Below the pieces are notes generated by a model. It was not told the origin of the DNA. It did no database searches and worked only from the letters and a program-made list of their open reading frames with translations. 64,000 nucleotides of DNA from Phoronis australis (taxonomy: Eukaryota > Animalia > Phoronida). Position numbers and translations under genes: made by a program. The stretch covers positions 468,120-532,119 of the forward strand of contig NMRA01000256.1 of the NCBI GenBank assembly GCA_002633005.1, in the 5' to 3' direction. Positions 61,835 through 64,000 of this stretch are shown in pieces. Every line of letters starts with the position of its first letter. Position 1 is the first letter of the stretch.

Positions 61835-64000
61835 GTTGGGCGATGACTGACGCAGTATCATACTCTATACCGCAACACACTAGCTCCACCGTCAGGTATT
61901 CCTGGAAACCTTGACCGAATCGAACTTTCGAAAGGCATTTTGTAATGACAAGTATTATTCATTTCAGTCGCAGATAATTTGATTAGTCATCAATAATATA
62001 TAACAATAAACGCGGAGCCCTGATATGCGTCCACCGTGTGCATCACAAATTGTAAAGATAATAGGGATGTTCATTTCCTAAGTAGCCGGGTCCACCCGGA
62101 CCTCAACACCGGCTGTGTTTTCCTCAAAGGGAAACATATACTCTACTCTATAAAAAAGATACGCTTTCAGCTACATTTTAAAGTTAAAAATTTCGTCAAA
62201 CGGATTTTAAGGCAAGAAAGTTCGGTTGCAACTTAAGCCCATTTAATTCTCATTCAACACAACTCCAAATATTTTCAAACTAATTGAATTTAATATGAAT
62301 TTCTTAGTATTTTTTGTTTTTGATGGTGCACCACTCCATAAAATGGCCGCCGGGGTGATTAAAAGGTGACTCATGCATTATGAGTACTCACTCAACTGAC
62401 ACCATATGCAGTGAGGTTTCAAACACAAACAGGGCTGAAAGTCACGAAATGTTTATATTTTTGTGATATTTTTTCCTCTCACGAAATTCATCACGTGTTC
62501 TAAATTGATGAGTGCGATAAAAAAGTATCTTTAAAGTGACATAGAAAGCGAAAATAGATTGTATTTGTAATTGTATTATTCAAAGTGGTTCTCTGACACT
62601 GAAACAGGTGAAACTGTTCACCATGTGTTTTTTCGGTTTGTTCGTTAAGAATTTGAATTTCTGTTGACGTCACAGCATTTTTGTTTTAGCTTCAAATTTA
62701 GTCGACTTTCTCACAAAAGGCAAAGCACGCCTTATTTCGTACGGCTAGACATACAGACGTAGCACATTTACCTGTTAAGAAAATTGTGACCTTTGGCCTT
62801 TGATGTAAACAAAACAATGGTGATTATGCACTTTGGGAAACATTTAATGAGTAATTCTTTGAGCGCATGCGCGCATATGTATATTCTTAGGGCGGAGAAT
62901 TTTAAATTGTATTGAGATGAAAGAGTTTATATTCCGTCTGTGTTTCAAAAACAGTTAACCTGGTATAGCTCATTGGTTAATCTGACGATTTTTTTAAAAA
63001 GTCCCGCAATGTTCAAAATCAATACCTCTCACGTTAGCATCCCAAGTAATAGATTCGCCTGACGAACTGTTTAAAAGATATTTTTACGAGTTATCGCGTT
63101 CCATGCCTCTTTAAAAGAACTGGATAGATATTGAGGCAGCTAGACGCAAGGAAACCCAAAATTCCCCCAAAGTAAGCACCGCAAGCCAGATCAAGTCAAA
63201 AATCAACTGCGAGCTATTTCTCATAAAGATGTATCACATTACGTAAGCCCGCTAAAGCGAGTCATTTTTGGGGAGATTTTTCGTTTTTTTCCCGGAATTA
63301 ACGGTCGGAAAAAATCTCATTAACGCTAAAATTTCGGATTTTTGTCTTAAAAATTTTCGAAATCTATGTGGAGATAGTTAAATGCGCATAGGAATTCCAG
63401 TCTTTCGGTAGAATTTATCTTAAAATTTTCATTTTCTGTGGTCTGTCTTTCAAAGGTCATTTCTTCACAAAAATTGACTAATACACACGTCATTTATTCT
63501 TTTATGATGGAATGACACAAACACTTTTATATGTGAGCATATGAGCTGCAGGTTCAAGTGTTGAAATTAATTAGTAGAGTGCATTAATTACTCCCGTCAC
63601 ATATAGCACGTGCGCTGTAGAAATGCTTTGCTCGTCACGTGAACTCTGTCAAGGATTAAGTCGAAAACCGGTTTAATATGTTTTTCACAAATACATTTGA
63701 TTTAAACAAGTTAAAGTGAAGAAGTTGATTTGAGATGTGAATTGTGGGGTTGGAATGAATATAACTTGTTACTGCTTGCCACGGTTGGTCATTTTATATG
63801 ACTAGCCTTATCTCAAACAATATCGAACTGCAAATTTCCAGCCCAGAAATCACCTCTCAGTTTAGTTTGAGATCAGTATTATAGCGGTAAGTGGTCTTTA
63901 CCATCGGAGTTTACAGCCTTCTAAATTAGTTTTGAAATCGCTGCTTTTACTTATTAAATTTAACCACACGTGAAGACCGTTTCTTCAAACACATGTTTTG

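Overview
Eukaryotic, AT-rich, gene-poor window that looks like an invertebrate animal genome (one 101-N assembly gap). It has one intact protein-coding sequence: a single-coding-exon aminergic class-A GPCR most like alpha-2 adrenergic / alpha2-type octopamine receptors (3376-4740, minus strand), with a 5'UTR splice acceptor just upstream and a plausible ~2.2 kb 3'UTR. The other ~59 kb is upstream or intronic DNA full of decayed mobile elements. These include three TTAA-associated Kolobok-like THAP relics (one also carrying a convergent Cys-rich KolX/P2X7-ballast-like gene broken by a MITE), a hAT transposase pseudogene, several hAT-like MITEs with 5-bp target duplications, a tRNA-derived SINE, two kb-scale foldback palindromes, an element whose long TIRs are themselves hairpins, a MITE family with CTCF-like motifs in its TIRs, and many minisatellites. 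Nearly all other ORFs in the track look spurious. All family assignments are by eye and need database confirmation.
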